From Octopus vulgaris (lineage: Eukaryota), in the NCBI GenBank assembly GCA_951406725.2, contig OX597818.1, forward strand, positions 124,682,001 through 124,746,000: a stretch of DNA of 64,000 nt, in the 5' to 3' direction. Both the position numbers and the translations under genes were made by a program. The number at the start of each line of letters is the position of its first letter. The first letter of the stretch is position 1. Below are positions 1 through 12,207 of the stretch, in pieces. The notes under the pieces were generated by a model, which was given only the letters and a program-made list of their open reading frames with translations, searched no databases and was not told where the DNA came from.

Positions 1-839
1 AACAAATCAACTCCAGTGAATTATTTGTTCAGCCTGGTACTTATTCTATTGGTCTTTTTTACCAAACTGCTAAGTTATGGGGACATAAAAAAAACCAGTA
101 GCAGTAGTCAAGTGGGAGGAGGACAAACAAAAAAAACACACATATACAATGGGCTTCCACACAGTTTCCATCAAACAAATTCATCCACAAGGCATTGATC
201 CAATCATTGGAACAGCCTGTATGTAAGATTAACGTGCAAGTGGCTGAGCACTCCACAGACACATTCATCCTTAACATAGTTCTCAGGAAGATTCAGCATG
301 ACAAAGTAACTAAGCTGGCCCTTTGAAATACAAGTACAACTCATTTTTGCTGGTTGAGTGGACTGGAGCAATGTAAAATAAAGTGTCTTGCTCAAGGACA
401 CAACTCATCACTGGGAATTGAACTCACGACCTTACAATCTCGTGAGCTGAATCCCCTAACCACTAAACCACATGCCTTCACACACACACACATACACACA
501 CTCACACATATACAGGTGTGTGTGTGTGCGTGTGTGTGCACACGCAGGCTAAATTAAGGTTGTTATTCAAAACCAATTTAAAAACAAACAATGGAACATT
601 TTCCGATTAGGAGACTCAATATTGAAAGGGTCATATTTATTGCAAAATTCATTTTGACTGGGATCATTTTCATTCAACACCTTATTCAACCAGCTAAATA
701 AGCAGTCAAATAAAACTTAAAACCCCAGGCAAAACAAATTTTATAATACATATGCATATGCACACACACATAAATATAGACGTTCTACTTACTACTGCCT
801 CCAATTTCTTATAATTATTCCTGTCAACAGCCTTATCTT

Positions 840-1260
840 CAACTACATGAAAACTTCCTCGAGGAATGTGAAGACGCAGGCTGGAAAGCGGAACATTTTC
901 CTATCGAAGTCGGATAGAGAGGGTTTGTTGGACACAGCGTGAGACGACTGTTGTTATCGTTAGGCCTAACTCATCGTAAAGTCAATACCACCATGACTGA
1001 TATCCAATCTACAGTGGAGAAGGCTAGCCACTGGATTTGGTTAAAAAGAGACAATGAGCGATGGCTAGAAGGATATTGAGTTTAACTTCATAACCAGCTG
1101 ATCTAGCAAGCGGGGCCTCATATCAGTGAGGGGGGGGGGCGGTGCATATTGATGCCGTCGAGAGGTAGGCCCCAAAACGGCGCGCATTCTCTCCTGATGA
1201 CCCCATACACTTGCTAGCTTCCGGTATACGGAGCTTTTAACTGGTAGCACTTGCATGTGC
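840..1260 (+). mobile_element. 3' fragment of an RLE-type non-LTR retrotransposon (HERO/NeSL-like) with 3' UTR
   Basis: Translation EECEDAGWKAEHFPIEVG*RGFVGHSVRRLL...VEKASHWIWLKRDNERW matches the C-terminal restriction-like endonuclease signature (PIEVGxRGF...ASxWxWxKR). One in-frame stop. Confidence 0.7.
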
Positions 1261-1328
1261 AAGTTGTTTGCAAGACATGATTACTAATCTCTTCCTGTGT
1301 ATTATTTTCAGTTATGTTGGTCTAAACC

Positions 1329-1559
1329 TATTTCTTTACTACCCACAAGGGGCTAAACACAGAGAGGACAAACAAGGACAGACAAACGGATTAAGTCAAT
1401 TATATCGACCCCAGTGCGTAACTGGTACTTATTTAATCGACTCCGAAAGGATGAAAGGCAAAGTCAACCTCGGTGGAATTTGAACTCAGAACGTAACGGC
1501 AGATGAAATACGGATACACATTTCACCTGGCGTGCTAACGTTTCTGCCAGTTCGCTGCC
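1329..1559 (-). mobile_element. tRNA-derived SINE with Deu/Nin-like central domain
   Basis: A/B boxes on - (GAGTTCAAATTCC), core GCCTTTCATCCTTTCGGRGTCGATWAAWTAAGTACCAG, 17-bp TSD TTATGTTGGTCTAAACC at 1312-1328 and 1560-1576. Other copies at ~15125-15347(+), 24835-24960(+), 54700-54880(+), 62980-63208(+), 63543-63760(+). Confidence 0.85.
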
Positions 1560-1906
1560 TTATGTTGGTCTAAACCACCCTCCTCTTGTTTCTTCTGGAG
1601 TCTCAAGCCTTATCTCCAACATTATTTCTCTTTGGTAAGATATGTATAACATCTATTATCTTTTGTTTTTGTCTTGTTTCTGTCATTAGACTCTGATCAT
1701 GCTGGTGCACCACCTTGAATTCTAGTCAAATAAATCAAATCAATCTCAGTACTTACTAATTTATTTTTTGTAAAGCTTGGTACTTTGGTACTTTTTCTAT
1801 TGTGCTCTTTTGCCAAATCCTTAAGTTTGGCAAAAGAGACAAACCAGTTGTCAAACAGTGGTAGGGGATGAACACATACACACATACACGCATATATATA
1901 TACATA

Positions 1907-2800
1907 CTAGTTGACGTACCCGGTAATTCCTGGAAAAGCAGGGCTTATTCCTTGGTTCCGTTCTCATAATTGTTTCACTAATCCAATAACAATACAAAGT
2001 ATGTAGCCCTTAAAACAGTTTTTGTGCATTTACAGAGAATACCGAACTGTCTTACACAGGATCTTGTTTTTAGGAATTCCCAATAAGTTATGAATACCCA
2101 AATTGTGAAGTCAGTTATGTAATAACATGAAATTAGTTACCCGATAGAATTCAAATAAAGTAACCCTGAAAAGGGCTTTAATGCATTCCCAGAGTATATA
2201 AAACTTAGGAGGAAATACTAGTAAGGTATGTATACTAAAATCGTGAAGCATGTTATGTAATAACGGGCTAATCAGATATGAGAAATAATTCAAAGTAAAT
2301 AACTCTGAAAAGGGCTTTCGCGCATTCCCAGAGAATATTAACCTCAGAGCGCTAGTGTTGGTATATTCGTAAATAAGTCACTAATCGATATAAGTGGATC
2401 TATTGTTTAGGAAAATACTATTTACTTGTTTAAGGGTTGTACTGGATAAATTGCAAAAATAACTTTAACAGTTCAAATACTAAGAAATAAGCATACTCAA
2501 TTTGATTTATACCAAATGATTTAGGAAAATGAATGGGTTATTTCTCCTGGTTGCTAAAATCTGGGCGAATGGGTTATTTCCCTTGACTGTTAAAATGAAA
2601 TACAATATATATATATATAAGGATCCCTTCTAGGGGCTCTATTATCGCTTTTTCAACAATCTGAGTATGGCATAAGGTTTCCAGACATGAGTTCTACTCA
2701 CCTGTCAAGTTCCATCAAAATCGATAAAACGATGTAGGAGGAGTTATCTAACAACTCCACAAACATACGCACAGACAGAATTTCCCACATATGTAGTAGA
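1907..2800 (-). mobile_element. non-autonomous Helitron
   Basis: On - it begins TC (TCTACTACAT...) and ends with a small GC hairpin plus CTAG. It sits between A and T with no TSD. Confidence 0.7.
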
Positions 2801-3739
2801 TATACAACAGATGTCTTTCAGTTTCTATCAACCAAAACCACCCACAAGCCTTTGGTTAGCCCAAGGCTATAGTAGAAGACACCTTCCCAAGATACTATGC
2901 AGTAGGACTGAACCTGGACCTATGTTTGTTGGGAAACAAACATCTTACCACACAGCCATGCCTGCACATTTTGAAATCCAAATTAATAGAAGTCACACAG
3001 ACTCACAACCCATACCAAAAAAAGGCTCCATGTTTTATTGGTAGCGATAGATAGATATAGCACCAGCATCATAATAAGTATTTTTTCATCCAATTTTCTA
3101 AATGCTGTTGGGAGCTGAATGGGTTATCCTAGACTGACTCAGATCCTGTTTTAAGTGGATACCCTCCTCGATGGGTTGGGCTCATGCTTTACTTATACTT
3201 TCTATTTTGGTATGTTTTCTACTGCTAGATGCCTTTTGTATGACCATCAACTCTTCTGAGTGTCCTGGGTGCATTTTACTGTAGCACCAGCAGCAGAGGA
3301 GATGCCATGTCCTCAGCAACACTAATGAGTCTTCTCTGACCTAAGTTGTTTCCAGTCGTTCACCAACCATTTTACTGAGTGCATTGTGTCACCAGCACTA
3401 GAAAGAATACCTTGTCTCTTTAGAGACACTGAAGAGTTTTCTCTTCTCTATGTTTACCCTCTGCTTGCTTATCCACCAGCAGCATAGTCTTATCTCCTAC
3501 TCATCAGGTAGAAGAATGGAAGAATGAAAAGAATGAAAGAAGGCTAATGTAGAGAGAGTGTTATAGAGGAGAGTAATGGAAGCGAACAGGAGTCATAGAA
3601 GCAAGAGACTGATAGAGAAGAGCGTAAAGAGAGAGAGAGAGAGAGGGGAGGAGAGGGAGAAAATGAAACATAGCTACATAGAGAATGGTGGTGGAGGATT
3701 GAATATGAATGTATCAATGTGATGTCAGCACTCATAGCA

Positions 3740-3788
3740 TGTATATGCATGTATGTATAAAAACACATACACAAACACAAATATATAT

Positions 3789-3823
<35 letters not shown>

Positions 3824-3896
3824 CACATGTATATATACATGTAACTGAACTTCTTAACCTCAAAGTATTTTTACATACATATATACATATATATGT

Positions 3897-3981
<85 letters not shown>

Positions 3982-4145
3982 AATATATATACATATATAT
4001 TCTATATATATATATATATATATATACATACACACACACATATATATACATATATATTCTATATATGTATATATGTATATATATATATAAATATATATAT
4101 GTGTGTGTGTGAATATATATATATATATATATAAATATATATATA
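3740..4145. repeat. compound (CA)n/(TA)n microsatellite
   Basis: Directly visible dinucleotide runs. Confidence 0.95.
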
Positions 4146-5011
4146 CAGGGTGAGATGGATAAATTATCACCATTCTATACTTTTAATTTTGCGCATGCGC
4201 ATTGTTTGTTTTTTTATTTTGCCAGTATAGTAGGGTCAGTTGGGCACCATTTGTGAGGAAAACAGCACCATGACGCAATTCTCCCTGACAGAAATTTGGA
4301 AACAACATGCTGTACTGCTTATCATTCATGCCAGGAGCTCTAATATGAACATTTCAGAGTGTTTGGGAGTCAATCTGAGGATATGTACCAACAGTGATAA
4401 AAATCAAGCATCCAGTCAACATCATTGTGTTTGGAGTGATCACTAGTGATGGCAACGTTATGGCTCCATCCATCTTCTCACATGGCTTCAGACTCAACAT
4501 GGAAGCCTACATCAAGTGCTTAGAGGAGGGAGTGCTGCCCTGGGTCAAGAGGGTGGCTACTGGAAGACCCTGTGTCTGGCAATAGGACTGTACACCATTC
4601 CACACAAGCAAGAGAACCTAGTCATGGCTGTCAGACAATTTCTGTGACCACATTACCCGCAACATCTGGCCACCTAACCCCCCAGACTGCAATCCCCTTG
4701 ATTATTATGTGTGGGGCACAGTTGAGCGATTAACTAACAAAACTCTTCGTAGCACCAAAGATGAACTGCCAGCAAGGATTATGGCAGCATTCACCAGCTT
4801 AAACAAGGAGACTGCCCAGAAGAATTTCAAGAAATTCCAAAGTCATCTGGTGGCCTTGGTTGAAGTCCATAGCAATATTATAGAATAAATTTACTCTTTA
4901 GTATTTCAAGATATTTATATGTAAGTTTGGTAAATATATCTGTTAAAATGAGATGACAGTGTTATTTTCATTTTTGTGTAAGTTAGATGACAGTTTATTC
5001 ACTGCACCCTG
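4146..5011 (+). mobile_element. Tc1/mariner-superfamily element, DD37D (maT) type, internally deleted and degenerate
   Basis: TIRs CAGGGTG.../...CACCCTG flanked by TA. Transposase remnant VFGVITSDG...WQ*DCTPFHTSKRT...WPPNPPDCNPLDYYVWG has 37 residues between the last two catalytic D. Confidence 0.85.
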
Positions 5012-5045
5012 TATATAAATGTGTGTGTAAATATATATATATATA

Positions 5046-5358
5046 TCATCATCATCATCATCGTTTAACGTCCGTTCTCCATGCTAGCATGGGTTGGACG
5101 GTTCGACCGTGGATCTGGGAAGCCAGAAGGCTGCACCAGGCTCCAGTCTTATCTGGCAATGTTTCTACGGCTGGATGCCCTTCCTAACGCCAACCACTCC
5201 GTGAGTGTAGTGGGTGCTTTTTACGTGCCACCTGCACAGGTGCCAGGTGAGGCTGGCAATGGCCACGGTCGGATTGGTGCATTTTACGTGCCACCGGCAC
5301 GGAAGCCAGTCGAGGCGGCACTGGCATCGGCCACGATTCGGATGGTGCTTTTTACGTG
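5046..5358 (-). mobile_element. RTE-tail repeat (RTE LINE 3' end or derived SINE) with (GAT)n tail
   Basis: Same sequence as the 3' UTR after the RTE ORF at 11690-12207. Further copies at ~28215-28550(+), 29150-29370(+), 36680-36935(+), 37220-37472(+), 38480-38860(-), 39010-39330(+), 47875-48226(+), 53130-53240(-), 54043-54190(-), 54433-54700(-), 57436-57540(-), 58711-59270(-). Confidence 0.85.
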
Positions 5359-5400
5359 CATATATATATATATATATATATATGTCTGTATATGTGTATA

Positions 5401-6857
5401 CAAGATATGATCAATAAGTTTCTGAACTGTTGCCATAGTAATGAAGTTAAAGCACACAGAGTGAAGCCACTTGGCAAAGATTGACCTTGAACTCTACTCT
5501 GCATGTGCACTAAGTTTTAACATTCTAGCTCATTTTCACTGTTTACAGCAGTACTTGGAAGGAAGGTGTGTAGCATGTGACTGTCACATTGACCATGACA
5601 GAGGAAGTTGTCATGGTGATACTTGCTCAGAGGCCTATGCAAAGTTGCAGAAAGTGTATGGAGAGGAGTGTATGAGCCGCACACGAGTGCATGAGTAGTT
5701 CAGACGTTTCCAAGATGGCTGAAAAAATGTTGATATTGAATATTCTGGGAGAACCATAACCAGCAGAACAGAGGAAAACGTGTGCAGCTGCGAGGAGAAA
5801 TCACTGAATCACCATCCGTGAGTTATCAGAGGATGTGCAGATTAGTTACGGTTCAGTTCAGTTCATTATTACTGAAGATTTGGGTATGAGACACGTGTCT
5901 GCCAAGTTTGTGCCAAAACTGCTTTCAATTGACCAAAAATACACTCAGGTTTCAGTTGTACAAGATCTCTTTGATTGTGTTGAGAACAATAAAAACTTTG
6001 TGTAGGCCTCTGAGCAGGTATTGCTATGCTTTTGGCAAAATTTAATGCAGATTCTCTACTCAACGTTCTCTGTCATGGTCAAATGATCACATGCTACCAA
6101 GGGGCTAAACACAGAGGAGACAAACAAGGAGAGACACACGGATTAAGTCGATTACATCGACCCCAGTGCATAACTGGTACTTATTTAATCGACTCCAAAA
6201 GGATGAAAGGCAAAGTCAACCTCGGCGGAATTTGAACTCAGAACGTAGTGGCAGACAAAATACCTATTTCTTTACTACTCACAACGGGGCTAAACACAGA
6301 GGGGACAAACAAGGACAGACAAACGGATTAAGTCGATTACATCGACCCCAGTGCATAACTGGTACTTATTTAATCGACCACGAAAGGATGAAAGGCAAAG
6401 TCAACCTCGGCGGAATTTGAACTCAGAACGTAGCGGCAGACGAAATACCTATTTCTTTACTACCCACAAGAGGCTAAACACAGAGGGGACAAACAAGGAC
6501 AGACAAACGGATTAAGTCGATTACATTGACCCCAGTGCGTAACTGGTACTTATTTAATTGACCCCGAAAGGATGAAAGGCAAAGTCGACCTCGGCGGAAT
6601 TTGAACTCAGAACATAACGGCAAACGAAATACTGCTAAGCATTTTGCCAGGCACGCTAACGATTCTGCCAGCTCGCCACACATGCTACCTACCTTCCTTC
6701 CAAGCACTGCTGTAAAAAATGGAAGAGAGCTAGAGATTTAAAACTTAGTGCACATGCACTACAGAGCTCAAGGTCAATCTGTGTCAATCAGCTTCACTCT
6801 GCATACTTTAGCTTCATTACTATGGCAACAGTCTGAACACTTATTGCTCAGACTACA
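5401..6857 (+). mobile_element. mariner-derived non-autonomous element with long (~200 bp) TIRs, interrupted by a SINE trimer
   Basis: HTH remnant LQKVYGEECMSRTRVHE*FRRFQDG...LGMRHVSAKFVPKLLS. 5401-5610 is inverted-duplicated at 6056-6098 plus 6679-6857. Confidence 0.75.
6099..6678 (-). mobile_element. tandem trimer of the Deu/Nin-type tRNA SINE
   Basis: Three ~185-bp units, only the first with a full tRNA head. A single 11-bp TSD CACATGCTACC (6088-6098, 6679-6689) flanks the whole block. Confidence 0.85.
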
Positions 6858-7059
6858 CATGTGTGTGTATGTATGTGTGTATATATATATATGTATGTAT
6901 ATATTTGTGTGTGTGTGTGTGCATGTGTAATATATCTCTGTGGCGTATTAAAAACATGACTGTTTTCTAGGTTTATCTTTTTTATTAAAAAAGTTATTTT
7001 CTCACATTTTCTTGAGTAACTTATAGCTTGTTTGAAAGAGTAAAAATTCCCAAATCCAT

Positions 7060-7246
7060 CCATGTTTCTAGACTTTCACCGTCACATCTTCAGGTTGAAG
7101 TATTTGGTGTTGACAAGTATTGTGATCACTTTATATTGTGCAGCTGAAACAGGGTCGATATGCTGAAATTGTAATGTTTTTTTTACCATTAAGCTTTTTA
7201 TGTTTTAATAGATAATGAGGGCTTTTCAAATGTGGCTAGAGCAAGT

Positions 7247-7299
<53 letters not shown>

Positions 7300-7900
7300 A
7301 TGTTAATATTGTGCTAAGCTATTACTCTAATGTATAGTACGGTACAGAAAGGTCATATGTTACTTGCAAACAAAATTTAATAAAAATTACCATGTTTGTC
7401 GCAAATTGCTTCACAAGTAGACAAGAAAGGTGCTGTACAGTAGGTTTGAACCCATAAGTATATGATTGCAAAGCAAGTTTCTTAACTACAGAGTCATGCC
7501 TGCACCTATTTACTGCTGTTATCAAGTTTGTCATGGTGTTGCATGATGAAGTGCATTACTATTGTACCTAATTGTAAGCGCATGGTGAGCTCGTGACAAA
7601 GTCTCATATTTATGAGGTATAAAAAAAAAACAGTTGAAGTCATGAACTTTGCAACTTTTAGCTTGCTATCATATTTGTAAATAAAACTGATTCTTAATAG
7701 CTTATTAGTGTGCGTATGCATGCTTGAGGTATGCTGATGATAAGACATGTTTCAGTTTGAGACTGTTAGCTCATGGTTCAGTGCAATGCATTTGGTGTTC
7801 TTTTTTGAGTTTTGCAGTGTAATGATCTATTCTGTAGTTTGTAGAGCAGGATTCAAGTGACAAAAATGCATTTTTTTTTGCTAATGATGTAATGTCTCCA
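7060..7900 (-). mobile_element. highly degraded Penelope-like remnant (tentative)
   Basis: Decayed CTGAAGA...GAAAC motif on - near 7060-7097 and weak GIY-YIG-like sequence near 7740-7860. Confidence 0.3.
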
Positions 7901-7997
7901 TTAATCAATAAAAAATTCACTGAGAACAAGTGCAGTGAATTGACACATTATCCATCTGTTCTTGTTTATTCATTTATATTAACATGTATATACATTC

Positions 7998-8050
<53 letters not shown>

Positions 8051-8063
8051 TGTGTATATATAT

Positions 8064-8106
<43 letters not shown>

Positions 8107-8420
8107 TAGACACAGAAATACACTTGTGTGTGTGTGCGCGCGCACACATGCATGCACACACAGGAATGTGTGAGTGAAATGAAAGCTAATTTCCAAATGA
8201 ACTTTTAATCAAAGCTCGAGGATAATAACTTCCCCACAGATACCTCTTCAGAAATACTTTTGGAACACTTAAAAACCACCACGTTGCAATTCTCCTGAAA
8301 AAGAAGCCTTGGTCTTACGTTTTCAGAGAGAAAACAGTGACTGGAGTGATGAAAACAACCTGGAGATCCACGACTTGTTGGCTGAGAAGTCTACACCTCA
8401 CAAAATACACCTCACTCAGC

Positions 8421-8466
<46 letters not shown>

Positions 8467-8514
8467 AACATGTGCACAAAAATTTTTGTGCATCTTGATG
8501 CTGACATAAGTTCC

Positions 8515-8604
8515 TTATTTTTCCTGATGAGAAGGCGGCATAATGCACCCCTTATTCCTACGAAATTAGGAATATGCAGCCTTCGAAACATATGTCGAAA
8601 ATAA
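8515..8604 (+). ncRNA. type I hammerhead ribozyme motif (Penelope-associated)
   Basis: Stem I TTTTC/GAAAA, core CTGATGA (8524-8530), stem II GAAGGC/GCCTTC, GAAA (8585-8588), palindromic stem III ACATATGT, cleavage triplet GTC (cut after 8596). Confidence 0.8.
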
Positions 8605-8804
8605 ACTAAAGGAATGTTGTTAATTTGTCTTTCAACTCCATTCTTTCATTTATTTGTATTCAAAAAAACACACAAATTTCCACACGATAGCACGTGATCT
8701 CTGCCCTAGGCATGTAGCTTCAACTGTGTTTTTCTGACGTGAATTTGCTACCCAGGTATCGATTAACCGAATTATCCATAATAAGATAATTCATTCAACT
8801 ACTC

Positions 8805-8818
8805 AATTATGTATAAAC

Positions 8819-8876
<58 letters not shown>

Positions 8877-8988
8877 ATATATATATGTATATATAAATAT
8901 ATATATATATACATATATACACACACACACATATATACATATATATAAATATACACAGATATATATATATATATACATATATATACAC

Positions 8989-9030
<42 letters not shown>

Positions 9031-9077
9031 ATATATATACACAGATATATATGTATATATATAAATACACACACACC

Positions 9078-9120
<43 letters not shown>

Positions 9121-9185
9121 ATATCGATAGCCATATCGATAAACATATATATCGATAGCCATATCGATAAACATATCGATAGCCA
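8805..9185. repeat. (TA)n/(CA)n microsatellite plus short ATATCGATAGCC repeats
   Basis: Directly visible. Confidence 0.95.
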
Positions 9186-10660
9186 TATCAGAGATGACTT
9201 AGATATGTTAAACCACCTTCCAAAAAAAACCAAGGAAGAAACAATCCTGGTTTCATTTGATGTAGTCAACTTGTATACCAGTATACCTCACAATTATGGA
9301 CTGGAGGCAATACAGTTCTGGTTAGACCAATTTCCGGAAGAAATACCAAAAGGATCAGTAAGGAATTCATTACTAAATCAATTGAATTCATCCTACACAA
9401 TAACCACTTCATGTTTGACAATACATTTTACCGTCAAAAATCCGGAATTGCTATGGGTACAAGGGCAGCACCAGTCATTGCGAACTTAACAATGGGATAC
9501 ATGGAAATAATCATTTACCAGGAATCTCTATCAATCTTTGGAAACTCCCTCTCTCAATACATAAAAGAGAATTGGAAACGATTCCTAGACGATTGTTTCA
9601 TTCTCTGGAATGAAAACATAGATAAACTCCTAAAATTTAAAAACCAATTGAACAGCATAAACCCAAATATACAGTTCACAATGGAATACAACCAAAAGGA
9701 GCTCCCGTTCTTGGATATACTAATTAAAAAAATTAACCTTAAAATAGAAACAGACATTTTTTACAAAGCCACAGACGCCAAACAATACCTTCTTTTAATT
9801 CATGCCACCCAAGACACACTAAAACAAACATCCCCTTCAACCTTGCAAGAAGGATATGCACAATAGTGTCAGAACAAAATACCAGGAACTTTAGACTGCA
9901 AGAACTCAAAAACACCCTAATTGACAGACATTACCCAGCTCAACTCATAGAGGATGGGATCAGACGTGCAACAGAAATCAACATAGAAACTTTAAGAAAA
10001 GTTCAACACAACAACACACCTTCCCCGAAAATACTACCTTACATATCTACATACAACCCCAGAAACAAAGAAGCCTTCACTATCATCACCCAGAATTTAC
10101 CAATACTTCATAAAAACCCAAAATTAAAGGAAATTCTAAACATACACCAAATCATTAAAAGCTACAAACAGCCTAAATCACTTAAAAAGATTCTCACAAA
10201 GGCAAAATTGTCTTCTAAAATTACGGATGCAAAAGTAAAAAAATGTGGTAGATCGAACTGTGCAACATGTCCTAACCTATTGGAAGGATCAGAATTCTTC
10301 TTTAAAGAGGGACAGAAATTCAAGATCAAATCTAACTTTACTTGTGCCTCTGAAAACATAATTTATGTCATTAAATGCTCGGGCTGCCACCAAGACTACG
10401 TGGGTTCCACGGGACTATCACTCAGGCGTAGATGCACACTGCATCGACAACAGATTGCATTCCCAGAATATAGAATGATACCTTTTAGTGAGCACATTGA
10501 GAAATGCGCAAAGCAACTACTGCCACAATTTTTAATCTTCCCATTTTACCAATGTGCTTTCGGATCATCAACACAAATGAGACTGAACAAGGAAACATTC
10601 TTCATTGAAAAGTACAAACCCAGACTCAACCATCCGAACATACTGACACAGAGAAATTAA
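9180..10660 (+). mobile_element. Penelope-like element (Neptune-type) RT plus GIY-YIG endonuclease, 5'-truncated and frameshifted
   Basis: RT motifs [38 protein letters not shown] and LPFLDI; Cys linker CGRSNCATC; GIY-YIG NIIYVIKCSGCHQDYVGSTG. At least two frameshifts. Confidence 0.92.
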
Positions 10661-11069
10661 CAAGGGAAAGGGAAAAAAATTTTTAAGCGATTATCTCCCT
10701 TACACCGGAAGAAATCACTCACTACCTCCCCTTATTTAGAAATCTCCTGAAAATAAACACAACGATAACTCCATGCAATATAAACATAACGTCACAAGAA
10801 ATTTGAAAAGCTACACGCGAAACCGGTAATTTCTTTAAAAAAATTTTTAAATTATGTCATTTTAAGGAAAGGAAAAAAATTTTTCCAATATTCTCCAGAC
10901 ATTTTGACACAAATATATATATTTTTTAACATTTAAGCCTTCTGTCGTTTTTTCACACTTTACTATTTTCTTATATATTCACCCACGTGCTTTACCAAAC
11001 AAACTTTCTTATCTATATATATATATATATACATATTTATATACATATATATATTTGTATAGATACTCA

Positions 11070-12207
11070 GAAAACAGATTCCATCACACTCCAGGGAAAG
11101 AAACTAGAAGTAGTTGATAGTTTCCGCTAACTAGGTGACCAATTTAGTAGTGGAGGTGGATGCTCAGAGAGTGTCACCACAAGAATACGAATAGCCTGCG
11201 CAAAGTTTAGAAAGCCTCTACCCCTACTGGTGATGAAGGGTCTCTCACTCAGAGTGAAAGGTAGATTTTACGTTGCATGTGTGCGAACTGCCATGCTTCA
11301 CGATAGTGAAACATGGGCTGTGACTGCAGAGGACATGGACAGGCTTGAAAGAAATGAAGCTAGCATGATCCGCTGGATGTGTAATGTCAGTGAGCACACA
11401 CGACAGAGTGTAAGCACTCTGAGAGAAATGCTGGACATGAGAAGCATGAGATGTGGCGTGCAAGAGAGACGTTTGTGCTGGTATGGTCATGTACTACGGA
11501 TTGATGAGGAGAGATGTGTGAAGAAGTGCCACTCCCAAACAGTTGAAGGAATCCGGGGTAGAGGTAGACCCAGGAAAACATGGGATGAAGTGGTCAAGCA
11601 TGATCTTCAATCGTTGGGCCTCACAGATGCAATGACGAAAGACCGAGATCTCTGGAGACATGCTGTGACTGCAAAACCCAACAAATAACGTGAGTTAATG
11701 GCTGTTTCCTGCAGCAGCTTCACATAGCAGCCCCAGCCCATCCAAAGTACCTTGGGTCACAGGACGGCCTGCTGTGCTTACCTTGGATCGTAGGGCGACC
11801 TGCTATGCTTGAAGAGACATATTGAGTCAAGTACATCAACATCAAAAAAAATATCAAATGGAAATTGTAGTTGTGATACCTGTACCAGTGGCACGTAATA
11901 AGCACCATCCGAATGTGGCCGATGCCAGTGCTGCCTGGACTGGCTTCCATGCTGGCGGCACGTAAAAAGCACCAGCCGATCGTGGCTGCTGCCAGCCGCC
12001 CCTGGAGCCTGAGCCGGTGGTACGTAAAAAGTACCCACTACACTCACAGAGTGGTTGGTGTTAGGAAGGGCATCCAGCTGTAGAAACACTGCCAGATCAG
12101 ACTGGAGCCTGGTCCAGCCTCCTGGCTTCCCAGACCCCAGTCAAACCGTCCAACCCATACTAGCATGGAAAACGGACGTTCAACGATGATGATGATGATG
12201 ATTATGA
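11070..12207 (+). mobile_element. RTE-clade LINE, 5'-truncated ORF2 C-terminus plus 3' UTR with (GAT)n tail
   Basis: LEVVDSFR*LG...ACVRTAMLHDSETW...RLCWYGHVLR...GRGRPRKTWDEVVKHDL, stop at 11688, then the 3' UTR. Confidence 0.9.

Noticed and set aside
1155-1210. Hammerhead-like words (GCCGTC, AAACGGC, CTCTC-CTGATGA) in the HERO-like 3' UTR
   Set aside because: No intact GAAA and no stem II can be formed in any standard topology.
3544-4173. Long YI/HT/CV-repeat ORFs (also 7974-8196, 8799-9186 and others)
   Set aside because: Translations of dinucleotide microsatellites, not genes.
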